Assembly: GCA_963699165.1 (NCBI GenBank)
Contig: OY969413.1
Coordinates: 141,984-205,983 of the forward strand
Length of the DNA: 64,000 nt
Direction of reading: 5' to 3'
Source of the DNA: Candidatus Kaiserbacteria bacterium
GTDB taxonomy: Bacteria > Patescibacteriota > Minisyncoccia > Phycocordibacterales > Phycocordibacteraceae
Positions 8,980 through 18,532 of the stretch are shown here, one piece after another. Both the position numbers and the translations under genes were made by a program. The notes beneath the pieces are model-generated. The model was not told where the DNA came from. It was given only the letters and a program-made list of their open reading frames with translations, and ran no database searches. Numbering within the stretch: position 1 is the stretch's first letter; the number at the start of each line of letters is the position of its first letter.

Positions 8980-8994
8980 CGCTATGCTTTCAAG

Positions 8995-9648
8995 ATGCAG
9001 CGTTTAACGAGAGCGGAGTCCGGTTTGACCGCGGCGGAGTACGAAGTGCTGTCGCGGCTTTCAACGCCGCAAAAAATCCAGGACTTTCTCGATGCCATCC
9101 CGATGAATTGGGAAAAAAAGGGCGACACGCATATGTCGCCGCGTGCCGTTCTTCGAGCGAACAAGGCGCACTGCATCGAAGGTGCAATGCTCGCGGCGGT
9201 GGCGCTCTGGATTAACGGCGAGCCGCCTTTGCTTATGGATTTGTCGGCGCGGCTTGGAAAAGGAGATGTCGATCATGTTATTGCGCTCTACAAGCGCGGC
9301 TGATTTTACGGTGCTATCAGCAAAACCAATCACGCAAGCATTCGATTCCGCGACCCGGTGTACCGCACGCCGCGCGAACTGGCGCTTTCGTATTTTCACG
9401 AATGGTTTATGAACGAGACGGCCGAAAAAACGCTTGAATGCTATTCGAAACCGCTCGATATGCGGCGGCTCGGCTTCGGCTGGATTACCGCCGAAGAAGA
9501 TCTATGGAATGTGGATGATGCGTTGAATTCGCTCACTCATTACAATCTGGTGCCGAAAGGGAATTGGCGTCATGTTCGAAAAGCCGACCCGATGGAACTC
9601 AAAGCCGGCCGCCTCGTTGAGTGGCCGGAGTCCGACCCGCGCACCTAA
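8995..9648 (+). pseudogene. Conserved-looking hypothetical gene interrupted by a single in-frame TGA (9301-9303); two ORF halves in the same frame
   Basis: ORFs 8977..9303 and 9358..9648 are both in frame 1; read-through gives ..VDHVIALYKRG*FYGAISKTNHASIRFRDPVYRTPRELALSYFHEW.. The first ATG (8977) lies inside the upstream terminator, so start taken at MQRL (8995). Confidence 0.5.
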
Positions 9649-9723
9649 CGGTCTGCGAGGGTCTGACCTTCTCAAAGGTCGAATTTGATAAGAGCTCGCC
9701 GAGTATGCTATAAATACTTCATC

Positions 9724-10128
9724 ATGAGTTCGGGAAAATCCACATACCCCGCCCGATTGCGGGTTGGGAGGTCGAGCGCCGGACTCGGTCTGTATGCAAT
9801 GCGGCCGTTTAAAAAAGGCGAACGCATAATCGAATACTTCGGGCGGGAAATATCGAAGAAAGAAGAATACACGAGCCGCAGCAAATATCTCTTCGAGGTC
9901 AGCTCGCGAAAGACGATTGACGGCACGACGCGCAAGAACACGGCGCGATATATCAATCATTCCTGCCGGCCGAATTGCGAGCCGAATATCGTCCGCGGAC
10001 GCATTTTCATCGACGCGATTCGCGGCATCAAAGCCGGGGAAGAATTGACGTACGACTACGGGAAAGATTATTTTGACGAGCACATCAAGCCGCACGGCTG
10101 CCGATGCGCGAAGTGCAGGCCGAAATAG
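9724..10128 (+). CDS. SET-domain protein-lysine methyltransferase-like protein
   Basis: GLGLYAMRPFKKGERIIEYFGREISKKE ... ARYINHSCRPNCEP ... GEELTYDYG ... HGCRCAKCR (NHSC, ELTYDY and post-SET Cys cluster). Promoter-like TTGATA N17 TATAAA upstream. Confidence 0.75.
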   Translation: MSSGKSTYPARLRVGRSSAGLGLYAMRPFKKGERIIEYFGREISKKEEYTSRSKYLFEVSSRKTIDGTTRKNTARYINHSCRPNCEPNIVRGRIFIDAIRGIKAGEELTYDYGKDYFDEHIKPHGCRCAKCRPK

Positions 10129-10130
10129 AA

Positions 10131-10157
10131 AAAGCCCCGCTTTCGCGGGGCTTTTTC
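10131..10157. terminator. Bidirectional terminator between SET gene and cspA
   Basis: AAAAAGCCCCGCtttcGCGGGGCTTTTTCC. Confidence 0.6.
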
Positions 10158-10168
10158 CAACAAGATGA

Positions 10169-10378
10169 TTACACCTTGCTGACGTTGAGAGCGTTGGGGC
10201 CTTTCGGGCTGTCGCCGATTTCAAAGGAAACCTTGTCTCCTTCCTGGAGCTCGTCGAACGAGACGTTCTGGAGTTCGTTGGAATGGAAGAAAAGGTCCTT
10301 TGCACCCGGCTGCGAGCCGTCGACTTTGATGAAGCCGAAACCCTTGTCGTTCTTCTTGATGACGGTACCGTTTTGCAT
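10169..10378 (-). CDS. cspA: Cold-shock protein (CspA family)
   Basis: MQNGTVIKKNDKGFGFIKVDGSQPGAKDLFFHSNEL: RNP1/RNP2 motifs of CSD. Confidence 0.9.
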   Translation of the reverse strand: MQNGTVIKKNDKGFGFIKVDGSQPGAKDLFFHSNELQNVSFDELQEGDKVSFEIGDSPKGPNALNVSKV

Positions 10379-10507
10379 GCTGCAGATAGATATACGTGAC
10401 TAAAATATCAAATCAGTAGCCGAGATAGAAGCTCGATCCCACTTCTCTGGATCAGGCGCTGGTTGATAAATACAGAGTATCAGATATGATATTAATTGTC
10501 AATGAAG

Positions 10508-11587
10508 TGTACGCGTCCAGTACTTTTGGCAGTCCCCGACGGTTAATGTACACACAATATACCGCAAGGGGGACACCATGCCGAGCGACTGGTGCGGGCG
10601 TTTGGTGTTGTACCAGATCAGCCAGTCGACAAGCTTCAGATTGAAGGAATGAATATCGTCCCGCAGCAGGCCCCGATTCAGCATGATGAAGTCCTCGGAG
10701 ACGGTGCGATTGAATCGTTCGACGTGGGCATTCATCTTGGGAGTGCGGGGGCGGGTGTGAAAGTGCGTGAGCCCGAGTTCGGCACAGGCATCCTCGAAGT
10801 GTTTGGCGAACTCGCTCCCGTTGTCGGTCTGCAACTCGTCGATATCGAAGGGGCAAACCTCGATGACTCGGCGAAGGAAGTCGTCCGCGCTTCTCGACGA
10901 GTGGTTCGTATACGCGCCCGCAAAGGCGAACTTCCGCTCCACGTCCACTGCCGTGAGGACGTACCGCTTCACGCCGTCGATGAAGCGGACGACGGTATCG
11001 AGCTCCATGCCGCGCTTGCCGGTGCGGCGAAGCTTGGTACGGCGTTTCTGCGGTGTTTCCGTGTGATTGCCCGTACGTGCGTGGAACGAGAGCCGGCTCT
11101 GCTGCGGGAGCAGACCGCGGTTCTTCAAATCCAGAATGACCCGCCCAACGTATGACTCCGACACGGAGTACCCTTCTTCGCGCAGGAGAACGGCAAGCTT
11201 TGCTTTCCCAAGCCGGGGATGCGCCTGTCGTTCGCGGATGATGAAATCCTCGACCTCGGGCAGAACAGTCCTCCTTCGACGCGCCTTCGGCGCAGTGCTC
11301 TTCGGGTCAAGTGCATCAATGCGGCCCTCGTGGGCTTTGAGTTCCTCCTTCCAGCGATACAAGGTGCGCTCCGAGGTGCCAAAGGCGTCGTATGTGGCCT
11401 CCGTCCCGTGCATGTCCCAGAATCCCAATATCTTCACCCGTCTGTCGACTTCCTTTGGTTTCCGCATATGCCGCAATCGTATCGTCCTTTCCCACATGCT
11501 CAACCAGCCCTTCGTACCCCTGAAATTGCTTCTGATGCGCATATATCCTCGGTTATGAGGACTGCCAAATGTATCTGAACTTATGCA
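10508..11587 (-). mobile_element. IS481-family insertion sequence, multi-copy type, copy 1 (1080 bp; ends TGTACGCG...TTATGCA; TSD TGAAG)
   Basis: Identical to copies at 14328, 28564 and 54500. Imperfect terminal IRs share TTTGGCAGTCC. 5-bp direct repeat TGAAG at 10503-10507 and 11588-11592. Sits about 130 bp upstream of cspA. Confidence 0.9.
10509..11542 (-). CDS. IS481-family transposase (HTH + DDE integrase core)
   Basis: 344 aa; MRIRSNFRG ... LDTVVRFIDGVKRYVLTAVDVERKF ... QTDNGSEF ... HFHTRPRTPKMNAHVERFNRTV ... YNTKRPHQSLG. ORF tails after CQKYWTRT differ between copies because they run into flanking DNA. Confidence 0.9.
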
Positions 11588-11601
11588 TGAAGGCGGGGGT
11601 G

Positions 11602-12615
11602 CTACTTCCCGCGGCCGTAGTATTTTTTCAAAAGCGCGACGTGCTCGGCGTAGGTGTCTGAGCAGTGGAATTGATGGTTTGCATCATGAAAATAGAAAAG
11701 ACAGGACGTCTGTATCGGATTGAGAGCGGCAAGAACGGCCGCGACGGAGGGATTTGCAATCGGTCCCGGCGGGAGTCCCGGATTCAAATACGTGTTGTAC
11801 GGCGACTTTTGAGAAATATCTTTCGGTTTTACGGCCGGCCACCAGCTTGTCGTCGTCGGGTTGTTTGCTTTCGCGTACTGTACCGTCGCATCGATTTGCA
11901 GATTCATATTCGCAAAAAGCCGGTTCCAGATAATGCCGGAAATGATGCGCATATCATCCGGTCCGCCCGCTTCGCGCTCGATGAGCGCGGCGACGTTCAG
12001 AGCTTCGCTCATGGGAACGACCTGCTGCGTCGTTGTTCCGTAATGTGAAGCCACGTCTTCGTAAAAACGTTCGTCCAGCATCGTTTCTGCGGCTGCCGGC
12101 GACGCATTGCTGTCGACGAGGTATACGCCCGGCGAAAATGTTCCGTCGGTTACCGAAAGCAACGGATATCCGGCTGTCGCGAGAAAGTCCTCTTTCTGAC
12201 GGTTAGTCCACCCGAGCGAGTCGGCAAACGCTTCGGCAACCTGTTCTTTGCGCATGCCCGGCTGGACGGTTACGAAGCGGCCGTCAACCGCGCCGAGGTT
12301 TTGATACCACGATGCCGAGGCGATTGAGGTTGCAATCCAGTCGAAGACGTACTGAAACACGGTCTGCGCATTCCATGCTGCGGCTTGCAGCGGGGAATTC
12401 GCATCGTCGAGATATGCGTTTACGGTTGGATTTTCGACTATAATCTTTCTTTGCGGATCAACCGTCACGGGAAACTGCTGCGGCGCCGCAGAGACGGTTT
12501 GATTTTGCGTCTGCCGTACGTCAAGCGCGAGCAGCACCGGAACGGAGACGACTCCGCCGACGAGCGCGCCGGTGCCGATAAGAGCGATGCAGGTAAGCGC
12601 GGCAAAGCGCCGCAT
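11602..12615 (-). CDS. mltG: Endolytic murein transglycosylase MltG (YceG-like)
   Basis: N-terminal TM anchor; YNTYLNPGLPPGPIANPSVAAVLAALNP is the YceG signature. Confidence 0.75.
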   Translation of the reverse strand: MRRFAALTCIALIGTGALVGGVVSVPVLLALDVRQTQNQTVSAAPQQFPVTVDPQRKIIVENPTVNAYLDDANSPLQAAAWNAQTVFQYVFDWIATSIASASWYQNLGAVDGRFVTVQPGMRKEQVAEAFADSLGWTNRQKEDFLATAGYPLLSVTDGTFSPGVYLVDSNASPAAAETMLDERFYEDVASHYGTTTQQVVPMSEALNVAALIEREAGGPDDMRIISGIIWNRLFANMNLQIDATVQYAKANNPTTTSWWPAVKPKDISQKSPYNTYLNPGLPPGPIANPSVAAVLAALNPIQTSCLFYFHDANHQFHCSDTYAEHVALLKKYYGRGK

Positions 12616-12710
12616 GTTATTCGGCCGCGCCGTCTTTTTTCGTTCGTTGTGAGGGATGAGTTCCACGGCGGATATTGATTATCTTCATTGTACCCATAAA
12701 ACTCCGATTT

Positions 12711-13343
12711 TTAAACCCGGCGCCGAAAGCCGTGGGAAAGTCCGATGCCTATCAAAAGCCACAACGCGCCGAGTGCATAGCCCGCAACGACATCGCTTGG
12801 GAAATGAACACCGAGATACAGGCGGCTGAATCCGATAGCAAGCATGCCAATCGCCGCGAACGCGAGCACCAGTTTCTTTTTTGCCGGGAAGCGTTCGCAA
12901 AGAAAAAACGCGATAAAGCCGTACAGCGCGACTGCGATGGTCGCGTGTCCGCTCGGGTATGAATACGAGTGCTCAACGACGGTAGGAATGAGGCCGTTCG
13001 GCCGGGCGCGCTCGATAAAATCCTTCATGGCAAGCATTGAAACACCCGCTCCGAAAAGGTTCACCGCAAACCCTGCTTCGTAGGATTTGCGGTGCGGCGC
13101 AAGCAATAGGTAGACGCCGACAATGACCGCAATGCCGGCAACAACGAGCGGATTTCCAAGATAGGTTATCCAGTCGAACACGTTTAAAAGAAACGGCGTG
13201 CGGATGCCGACCATGAAATTCTCAAACGCCGCATCGGCGGTAAGCACAAAGCTGTTCGGCGAGCTCACTGCCGCCGTAAGCGCGGCAAGAAACAATACTA
13301 AACAAGCGCCCGTCCAGCGTGCGGGGAAATGCCGGTCGGTCAT
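12711..13343 (-). CDS. PAP2-family phosphatase (undecaprenyl-diphosphatase / phosphatidic acid phosphatase type)
   Basis: Multi-TM; KDFIERARP ... SYPSGH ... SRLYLGVHFPSDV = PAP2 motifs KxxxxxxRP, PSGH, SRxxxxxHxxxD. Confidence 0.7.
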   Translation of the reverse strand: MTDRHFPARWTGACLVLFLAALTAAVSSPNSFVLTADAAFENFMVGIRTPFLLNVFDWITYLGNPLVVAGIAVIVGVYLLLAPHRKSYEAGFAVNLFGAGVSMLAMKDFIERARPNGLIPTVVEHSYSYPSGHATIAVALYGFIAFFLCERFPAKKKLVLAFAAIGMLAIGFSRLYLGVHFPSDVVAGYALGALWLLIGIGLSHGFRRRV

Positions 13344-13687
13344 AGGTACGGAATGAAAATGAAGCACGCGAGTAGCGCGGCGCAAAGCGCGGTCACGAGA
13401 ACGGCCGCGGCGGAAAGGTCTTTTATTTTTGCGATGTGCGGGTCGTGCGTCGGCTGAAACTTGTCGCAAAGCTCTTCCAGTGCCGTGTTGAAAATCTCGG
13501 CTGCGAGCACGACGCCGATGGTAAGAAGCACTAGCGCAAACTCGAAGGATGACAGTCCGACGAACAGTCCGAGCGCAATGGCAAGCAGGGCACACGCAAT
13601 TTCAATGCGAAAATTATTTCCTTCCCGCCAAGCGATAGTGAGCCCCTTCCATGCATAGCGAAATGATGCGGCTAGCTGTTTCGACAT
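13340..13687 (-). CDS. dgkA: Diacylglycerol/undecaprenol kinase DgkA-like
   Basis: 115 aa, 3 TM; NFRIEIA ... EIFNTALEELCD resembles the prokaryotic DAGK family; 4-bp overlap with PAP2 gene. Confidence 0.6.
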   Translation of the reverse strand: MSKQLAASFRYAWKGLTIAWREGNNFRIEIACALLAIALGLFVGLSSFEFALVLLTIGVVLAAEIFNTALEELCDKFQPTHDPHIAKIKDLSAAAVLVTALCAALLACFIFIPYL

Positions 13688-14318
13688 ATTTTTTAGTATA
13701 CAACGGCCTGCAAACAAACGCTCCCGCGCCGCCCTGGCATATTTTTCACCATCGGTATAAGATGCGCCATTCGTTGGCCGACGCTCTCAAAGCCGGCTAC
13801 CAAGTATACGGTCTAACCGACGAGGGTTACCTCGTCCGCACGCGAACGGACCGCGGATGGGCACTGGCGCTCGCCGTCCTGCGACCCAAGGGTGTGTACG
13901 CCTAGGCCGCCCGCCCCTCATCACTCATTTCTGTAGACCTCCCTAACCGGAGGTCTCATCCTGTAAGGCATACGTTTTCGCCTTTATTTTTTATACTGAA
14001 ACTTTTAGCAAAAAAATAAACCGCCTGTTGAGGCGGTGGGGCATGAGTGGTTATCGTTCTAGGCAGGGGTATAATGATTGTTCGATTCTTTGCACGAATC
14101 TCCTTCGTCGCGCGACAGAGGGTCGAGAGTCCGATGTGCTGCCACCAGGTGGCCGAAGGGACTTTTTCTATTTGGATTGAGAGCGACCTGTCTGCCGCAT
14201 CCCGGGCACTGTGCGGTTTTTACCGCTTCGCTAACCTGCTCTGGTGTAGCATTCACTGTTTTTCCTCCGAAATGGTTTGAGAACTCTGATTCCAAATTAC
14301 ACAATGCCGTAGCGGCAG

Positions 14319-15362
14319 TCAAGTTTTTGTACGCGTCCAGTACTTTTGGCAGTCCCCGACGGTTAATGTACACACAATATACCGCAAGGGGGACACCATG
14401 CCGAGCGACTGGTGCGGGCGTTTGGTGTTGTACCAGATCAGCCAGTCGACAAGCTTCAGATTGAAGGAATGAATATCGTCCCGCAGCAGGCCCCGATTCA
14501 GCATGATGAAGTCCTCGGACACGGTGCGATTGAATCGTTCGACGTGGGCATTCATCTTGGGAGTGCGGGGGCGGGTGTGAAAGTGCGTGAGCCCGAGTTC
14601 GGCACAGGCATCCTCGAAGTGTTTGGCGAACTCGCTCCCGTTGTCGGTCTGCAACTCGTCGATATCGAAGGGGCAAACCTCGATGACTCGGCGAAGGAAG
14701 TCGTCCGCGCTTCTCGACGAGTGGTTCGTATACGCGCCCGCAAAGGCGAACTTCCGCTCCACGTCCACTGCCGTGAGGACGTACCGCTTCACGCCGTCGA
14801 TGAAGCGGACGACGGTATCGAGCTCCATGCCGCGCTTGCCGGTGCGGCGAAGCTTGGTACGGCGTTTCTGCGGTGTTTCCGTGTGATTGCCCGTACGTGC
14901 GTGGAACGAGAGCCGGCTCTGCTGCGGGAGCAGACCGCGGTTCTTCAAATCCAGAATGACCCGCCCAACGTATGACTCCGACACGGAGTACCCTTCTTCG
15001 CGCAGGAGAACGGCAAGCTTTGCTTTCCCAAGCCGGGGATGCGCCTGTCGTTCGCGGATGATGAAATCCTCGACCTCGGGCAGAACAGTCCTCCTTCGAC
15101 GCGCCTTCGGCGCAGTGCTCTTCGGGTCAAGTGCATCAATGCGGCCCTCGTGGGCTTTGAGTTCCTCCTTCCAGCGATACAAGGTGCGCTCCGAGGTGCC
15201 AAAGGCGTCGTATGTGGCCTCCGTCCCGTGCATGTCCCAGAATCCCAATATCTTCACCCGTCTGTCGACTTCCTTTGGTTTCCGCATATGCCGCAATCGT
15301 ATCGTCCTTTCCCACATGCTCAACCAGCCCTTCGTACCCCTGAAATTGCTTCTGATGCGCAT
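14319..15362 (-). CDS. IS481-family transposase (copy 2)
   Basis: Same protein as copy 1; the ORF-track N-terminal extension to 15419 lies outside the element and is not part of it. Confidence 0.85.
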   Translation of the reverse strand: MRIRSNFRGTKGWLSMWERTIRLRHMRKPKEVDRRVKILGFWDMHGTEATYDAFGTSERTLYRWKEELKAHEGRIDALDPKSTAPKARRRRTVLPEVEDFIIRERQAHPRLGKAKLAVLLREEGYSVSESYVGRVILDLKNRGLLPQQSRLSFHARTGNHTETPQKRRTKLRRTGKRGMELDTVVRFIDGVKRYVLTAVDVERKFAFAGAYTNHSSRSADDFLRRVIEVCPFDIDELQTDNGSEFAKHFEDACAELGLTHFHTRPRTPKMNAHVERFNRTVSEDFIMLNRGLLRDDIHSFNLKLVDWLIWYNTKRPHQSLGMVSPLRYIVCTLTVGDCQKYWTRTKT

Positions 15363-15407
15363 ATATCCTCGGTTATGAGGACTGCCAAATGTATCTGAAC
15401 TTATGCA
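14328..15407 (-). mobile_element. IS481-family insertion sequence copy 2 (TSD GTTTT)
   Basis: 1080 bp identical element; GTTTT at 14323-14327 and 15408-15412. Left flank shares 15 nt (CGGCAGTCAAGTTTT) with the flank of the IS fragment at 51752. Confidence 0.9.
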
Positions 15408-15427
15408 GTTTTCCGCCAAAATACGGC

Positions 15428-16495
15428 TTATTTCTGAGCGCTTACGTCATCGTAGGTGACTTTCGATACTTGCGCGATAAATTTTGATAGAGCATCGACG
15501 TCTTTGCCCTCGGTCATGACGCAAATCAGATACGGGTGCGTCGGGTGATACACGATGCCGCAGTCGCTCAGCTCGACGCCCGTAACCTGACTGTCGGAGG
15601 AGGTGACCGCGTGCTCGCCGAATTTGTGCGCGACGACCACGTCGCTCGGGACGCCCGCCACGAGTCCGCTCGTGAAAGTCGATTCGGAGAGCAGCTTTAG
15701 AATATTGTTGGAGTCACTCCACGAGAGGTCGTATGTTCCGTAATACAAAATGCGCAGGAATCGGGAATATTCCTGCGCCGAAATAGTGAGAGTATTGGTC
15801 GCGCTGGTGCTCGTCGGCTCCTGTATCGACAAGTCGGTGAACATTTGGGTGAGGATTTTCGGGTCCATCGAAAGTACTAACAAGTCCTTTGCGCCGTTGT
15901 CCGAATCGGAAAGCATTTCTTTCAGGAGATAGGGAACCGAATAGGATTGCCCGACCGTTAAATCGACCGGCGGCGCCAAATCAAATTGCGACTGGATGTT
16001 CGCTATGTCTTGCGTGTAAGTGAGTTGCCGTGAAAGAAATCCCGGCGTCGATTCTTCTTGCTTGTATGCGCCTACCGCGAACGCGACTTTGAGCATGCTG
16101 GCCGGGTCGTATTGGTCCGTTTCGTTGATGCCGGTCCACTTGCCGGTGGTGAGGTCTTTGAAGTAGTAGGCATAGCGTGTCACCGCTCCGGCCGGTTGAT
16201 TGGCGGCGATTTTGGCAACATTGTCGTGCAATGACGCCAATTCCGCTTCTTTGTATGTCCTCGAAATGCTGAACGTGAGAAGCGGTTTGATGAACTGATA
16301 CGGCGTGTTGTTGTCGAGTGTATAGCTGACAATGTCGCTGTTTTCCGTTTGGTATACGCCAAACGCATAGCTCGCGTATCCGACTAGAGCGACGAGGATG
16401 ATAACTATGAGAGCGGCAACTGCGAATCGGATTTTCGTTTCTTTTGATTTCGGCAGCAATTCAGCAACGCTCGTTTTCGGATTTTTCCCCGCCAT
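15428..16495 (-). CDS. Membrane-anchored class A beta-lactamase-like serine hydrolase / penicillin-binding-like protein
   Basis: N-terminal TM; DPASMLKV (S-x-x-K) and later SDN-like and KFG motifs (SDSDNGA, AHKFGEH). Confidence 0.5.
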   Translation of the reverse strand: MAGKNPKTSVAELLPKSKETKIRFAVAALIVIILVALVGYASYAFGVYQTENSDIVSYTLDNNTPYQFIKPLLTFSISRTYKEAELASLHDNVAKIAANQPAGAVTRYAYYFKDLTTGKWTGINETDQYDPASMLKVAFAVGAYKQEESTPGFLSRQLTYTQDIANIQSQFDLAPPVDLTVGQSYSVPYLLKEMLSDSDNGAKDLLVLSMDPKILTQMFTDLSIQEPTSTSATNTLTISAQEYSRFLRILYYGTYDLSWSDSNNILKLLSESTFTSGLVAGVPSDVVVAHKFGEHAVTSSDSQVTGVELSDCGIVYHPTHPYLICVMTEGKDVDALSKFIAQVSKVTYDDVSAQK

Positions 16496-16525
16496 GTGCA
16501 AATAGTAGCACGCAACCAACGGCTG

Positions 16526-17797
16526 TTATAATTTATTCAACACGGCGCGGGTAGCGGGGCCGACGGAACCGACGCGGGCAAGTCCGTGCGCGGCCTGAAG
16601 TTTTTTAACGGCCGCGAAGGTTAGCGTTCCGAAATACCCGGTCGGGGTCCCGCCGAGATAGCCAAGCGCTAGTAAACGCTGCTGCAATTGCAGGACGGCA
16701 ACGCCGCGCGACCCGATTCCGAGCGGCGTTGTGAAGATGTATTTTTGCACTGCGGTAGTGACGGCAGGAGTTGCAGCGGCCGCGGAAGTGCTTGCCGCAG
16801 TCGTGGCCGAAGATGTCGTTGCTGCGGGAACGCTTGCCGTCGCTGGTTGCACAATCGGAACGGCCGAAGAAGCCGTAATCATAACCGTCTCGGTTGTCGA
16901 AGCGGAGTTGCCGTATGCGTCGGTTGCAGTCACGACAATCGTGTGGAGGCCGATATCGGAGAGCGTGGGTTCCCACGAGAAGTATCCGGCCGAATTGATA
17001 TTGCTCGCCGCAATCGTGCTTGTGCCGTAAAACTGGTCGCTAACGCCGTACGTCGTCGTGCTCGTAAGTTGTCCCGCATTTGCATAAAACGAGACCGTCG
17101 AGCCGACACCCGCACCCGAGCCGGGCTGCAGGGAACGGATAGATACGGACGGTGCAATCACGGTAATGGTCTGCTGAGTTTGCGCGTTATGCCCCTGGAT
17201 GTCGGATGCGACGACGGTCAGCGCATGAACACCGACATCGTCATTTGCCGGCGTCCACGAGAATGCTCCCGAGGAATTAATATCGCCCGTATTGAGCGAG
17301 CTCATGGGAGACGAGTCATATACCGCGTAGCTCGGGGTTACAAATCCGGGCGCGACGGCGGTGAATGTAATCGTTCGCCCAACGGCAATAACCGGTCCCG
17401 GAGAAATGGCCGTGACGAAAACCGAATTGCTTGCGACAAGGACGCTTACGGTCGTCGATGCGGCATGATTGTACCCATCCGTAACCGTAACGGTAATAGT
17501 GTGTCTGCCGGCGTCATACATGCCGGGCGTCCAGGTGAAATATCCCGAAGCATCAATGCTTCCCGTCGTCGCTCCGGAGCCGGTGTATGAATCGCTGAGC
17601 GTGTATTTGGGGTCGGTAAAACCGGCGCTCGATACGGAAAATGTAACCACTGTGCCGGGCGAAATCGCTTCCGAGGGCGGCGCGCTTGCTATTTGCACCG
17701 ACTCGGCAGAAGCGAATAAGGGAAGGAAACCGAGCACGACAAATATTCCGGCAAAAAACAATCGAAGAAAAAATCGGACAAAATTATGTATAGCCAT
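16526..17797 (-). CDS. Secreted protein with four tandem Ig-like repeats and a C-terminal peptidoglycan-binding domain (PG_binding_1)
   Basis: Signal peptide; repeated ..YxxSDxYxGSxxxxxSIxxSGYFTWTPxxxDxGxHTItVtxTDxxG..; C-terminus AVLQLQQRLLALGYLGGTPTGYFGTLTFAAVKKLQAAHGL. Confidence 0.6.
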   Translation of the reverse strand: MAIHNFVRFFLRLFFAGIFVVLGFLPLFASAESVQIASAPPSEAISPGTVVTFSVSSAGFTDPKYTLSDSYTGSGATTGSIDASGYFTWTPGMYDAGRHTITVTVTDGYNHAASTTVSVLVASNSVFVTAISPGPVIAVGRTITFTAVAPGFVTPSYAVYDSSPMSSLNTGDINSSGAFSWTPANDDVGVHALTVVASDIQGHNAQTQQTITVIAPSVSIRSLQPGSGAGVGSTVSFYANAGQLTSTTTYGVSDQFYGTSTIAASNINSAGYFSWEPTLSDIGLHTIVVTATDAYGNSASTTETVMITASSAVPIVQPATASVPAATTSSATTAASTSAAAATPAVTTAVQKYIFTTPLGIGSRGVAVLQLQQRLLALGYLGGTPTGYFGTLTFAAVKKLQAAHGLARVGSVGPATRAVLNKL

Positions 17798-17852
17798 GCA
17801 ATCATGGTACTACACCCGTTCGGGGAGGCGGACGCACACCTGTTTACAGAAA

Positions 17853-18110
17853 TTACGATTCCGCGATTTTTGTACGGATGGTGAGCCAATCCATCACCTT
17901 TTTTCGATGGCGGTCGAGCGACCATTGTTCGCCTTCTTTGAAAAGCGATTTGTTTGTCTTTCGAAACTCGCGCAAAAGCTCCACTGACGCCTGCGGAAAT
18001 TGCTCGGGCAAGTCCTCGTTGTAAGAGGCGAGGAAATCGGAAAACGAAAGATGCTTCTCGCTCCGTTCTTTGTCCAAATCGGGAATTCTCATTACCTTTG
18101 ATAATACCAC
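17853..18110 (-). CDS. Hypothetical small protein
   Basis: 85-aa ORF followed by hairpin terminator at 18145-18170; no recognisable motif. Confidence 0.3.
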   Translation of the reverse strand: MVLSKVMRIPDLDKERSEKHLSFSDFLASYNEDLPEQFPQASVELLREFRKTNKSLFKEGEQWSLDRHRKKVMDWLTIRTKIAES

Positions 18111-18144
18111 GACTTTTTCAGAAAAGCAATTTTTAAAAAAGTAG

Positions 18145-18170
18145 AGCGCCTCCGGTATTACCGGAGGCGC
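18145..18170. terminator. Hairpin GCGCCTCCGGtattaCCGGAGGCGC
   Basis: Perfect 10-bp stem. Confidence 0.45.
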
Positions 18171-18175
18171 ATGAA

Positions 18176-18358
18176 TCAGGCGTGCTCTCGCGTCAGCCGA
18201 AGCAGTGCGGCACGATCTTTCAGGGTTGCGGCGGTTCCGTCATGTATGAACGGTGAACGTTCACCGCTGCGTGGACGAGGATGATCCGCCAGCCATTCCT
18301 CAAAGGCCTGTCGTGCCTTCGCGAGTTCCGGCGTTTCTCGTTCTGCAGAAATGGTCAT
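18176..18358 (-). CDS. Hypothetical small protein
   Basis: 60-aa ORF, no motif. Confidence 0.25.
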   Translation of the reverse strand: MTISAERETPELAKARQAFEEWLADHPRPRSGERSPFIHDGTAATLKDRAALLRLTREHA

Positions 18359-18499
18359 TTCCCTCTTTCCTCATAACAAAGGTGCGCAAACAAAAAAGTG
18401 CAGTCCTGCACTGGCGACACCATACAATATCGCTTGTAATATCGCAATTGTTTTCAAGAAATGAGGTGTGCATAAGATTTCTGAATAAAGTCATTTGTA

Positions 18500-18532
18500 T
18501 AAAAAAGAGTGAGCCGTCTGGGTAGACGGCTC
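18500..18532 (-). terminator. Rho-independent terminator for minus-strand gene ending at 18531
   Basis: GAGCCGTCTgggtAGACGGCTC preceded on the plus strand by an A-run (T-run on minus). Confidence 0.5.

Noticed and set aside
14059-14676. 205-aa ORF spanning the IS481 copy 2 boundary
   Set aside because: Chimeric: most of it is an alternate frame inside the transposase gene. Only the last about 90 codons lie in flanking DNA and are treated separately as a possible remnant.
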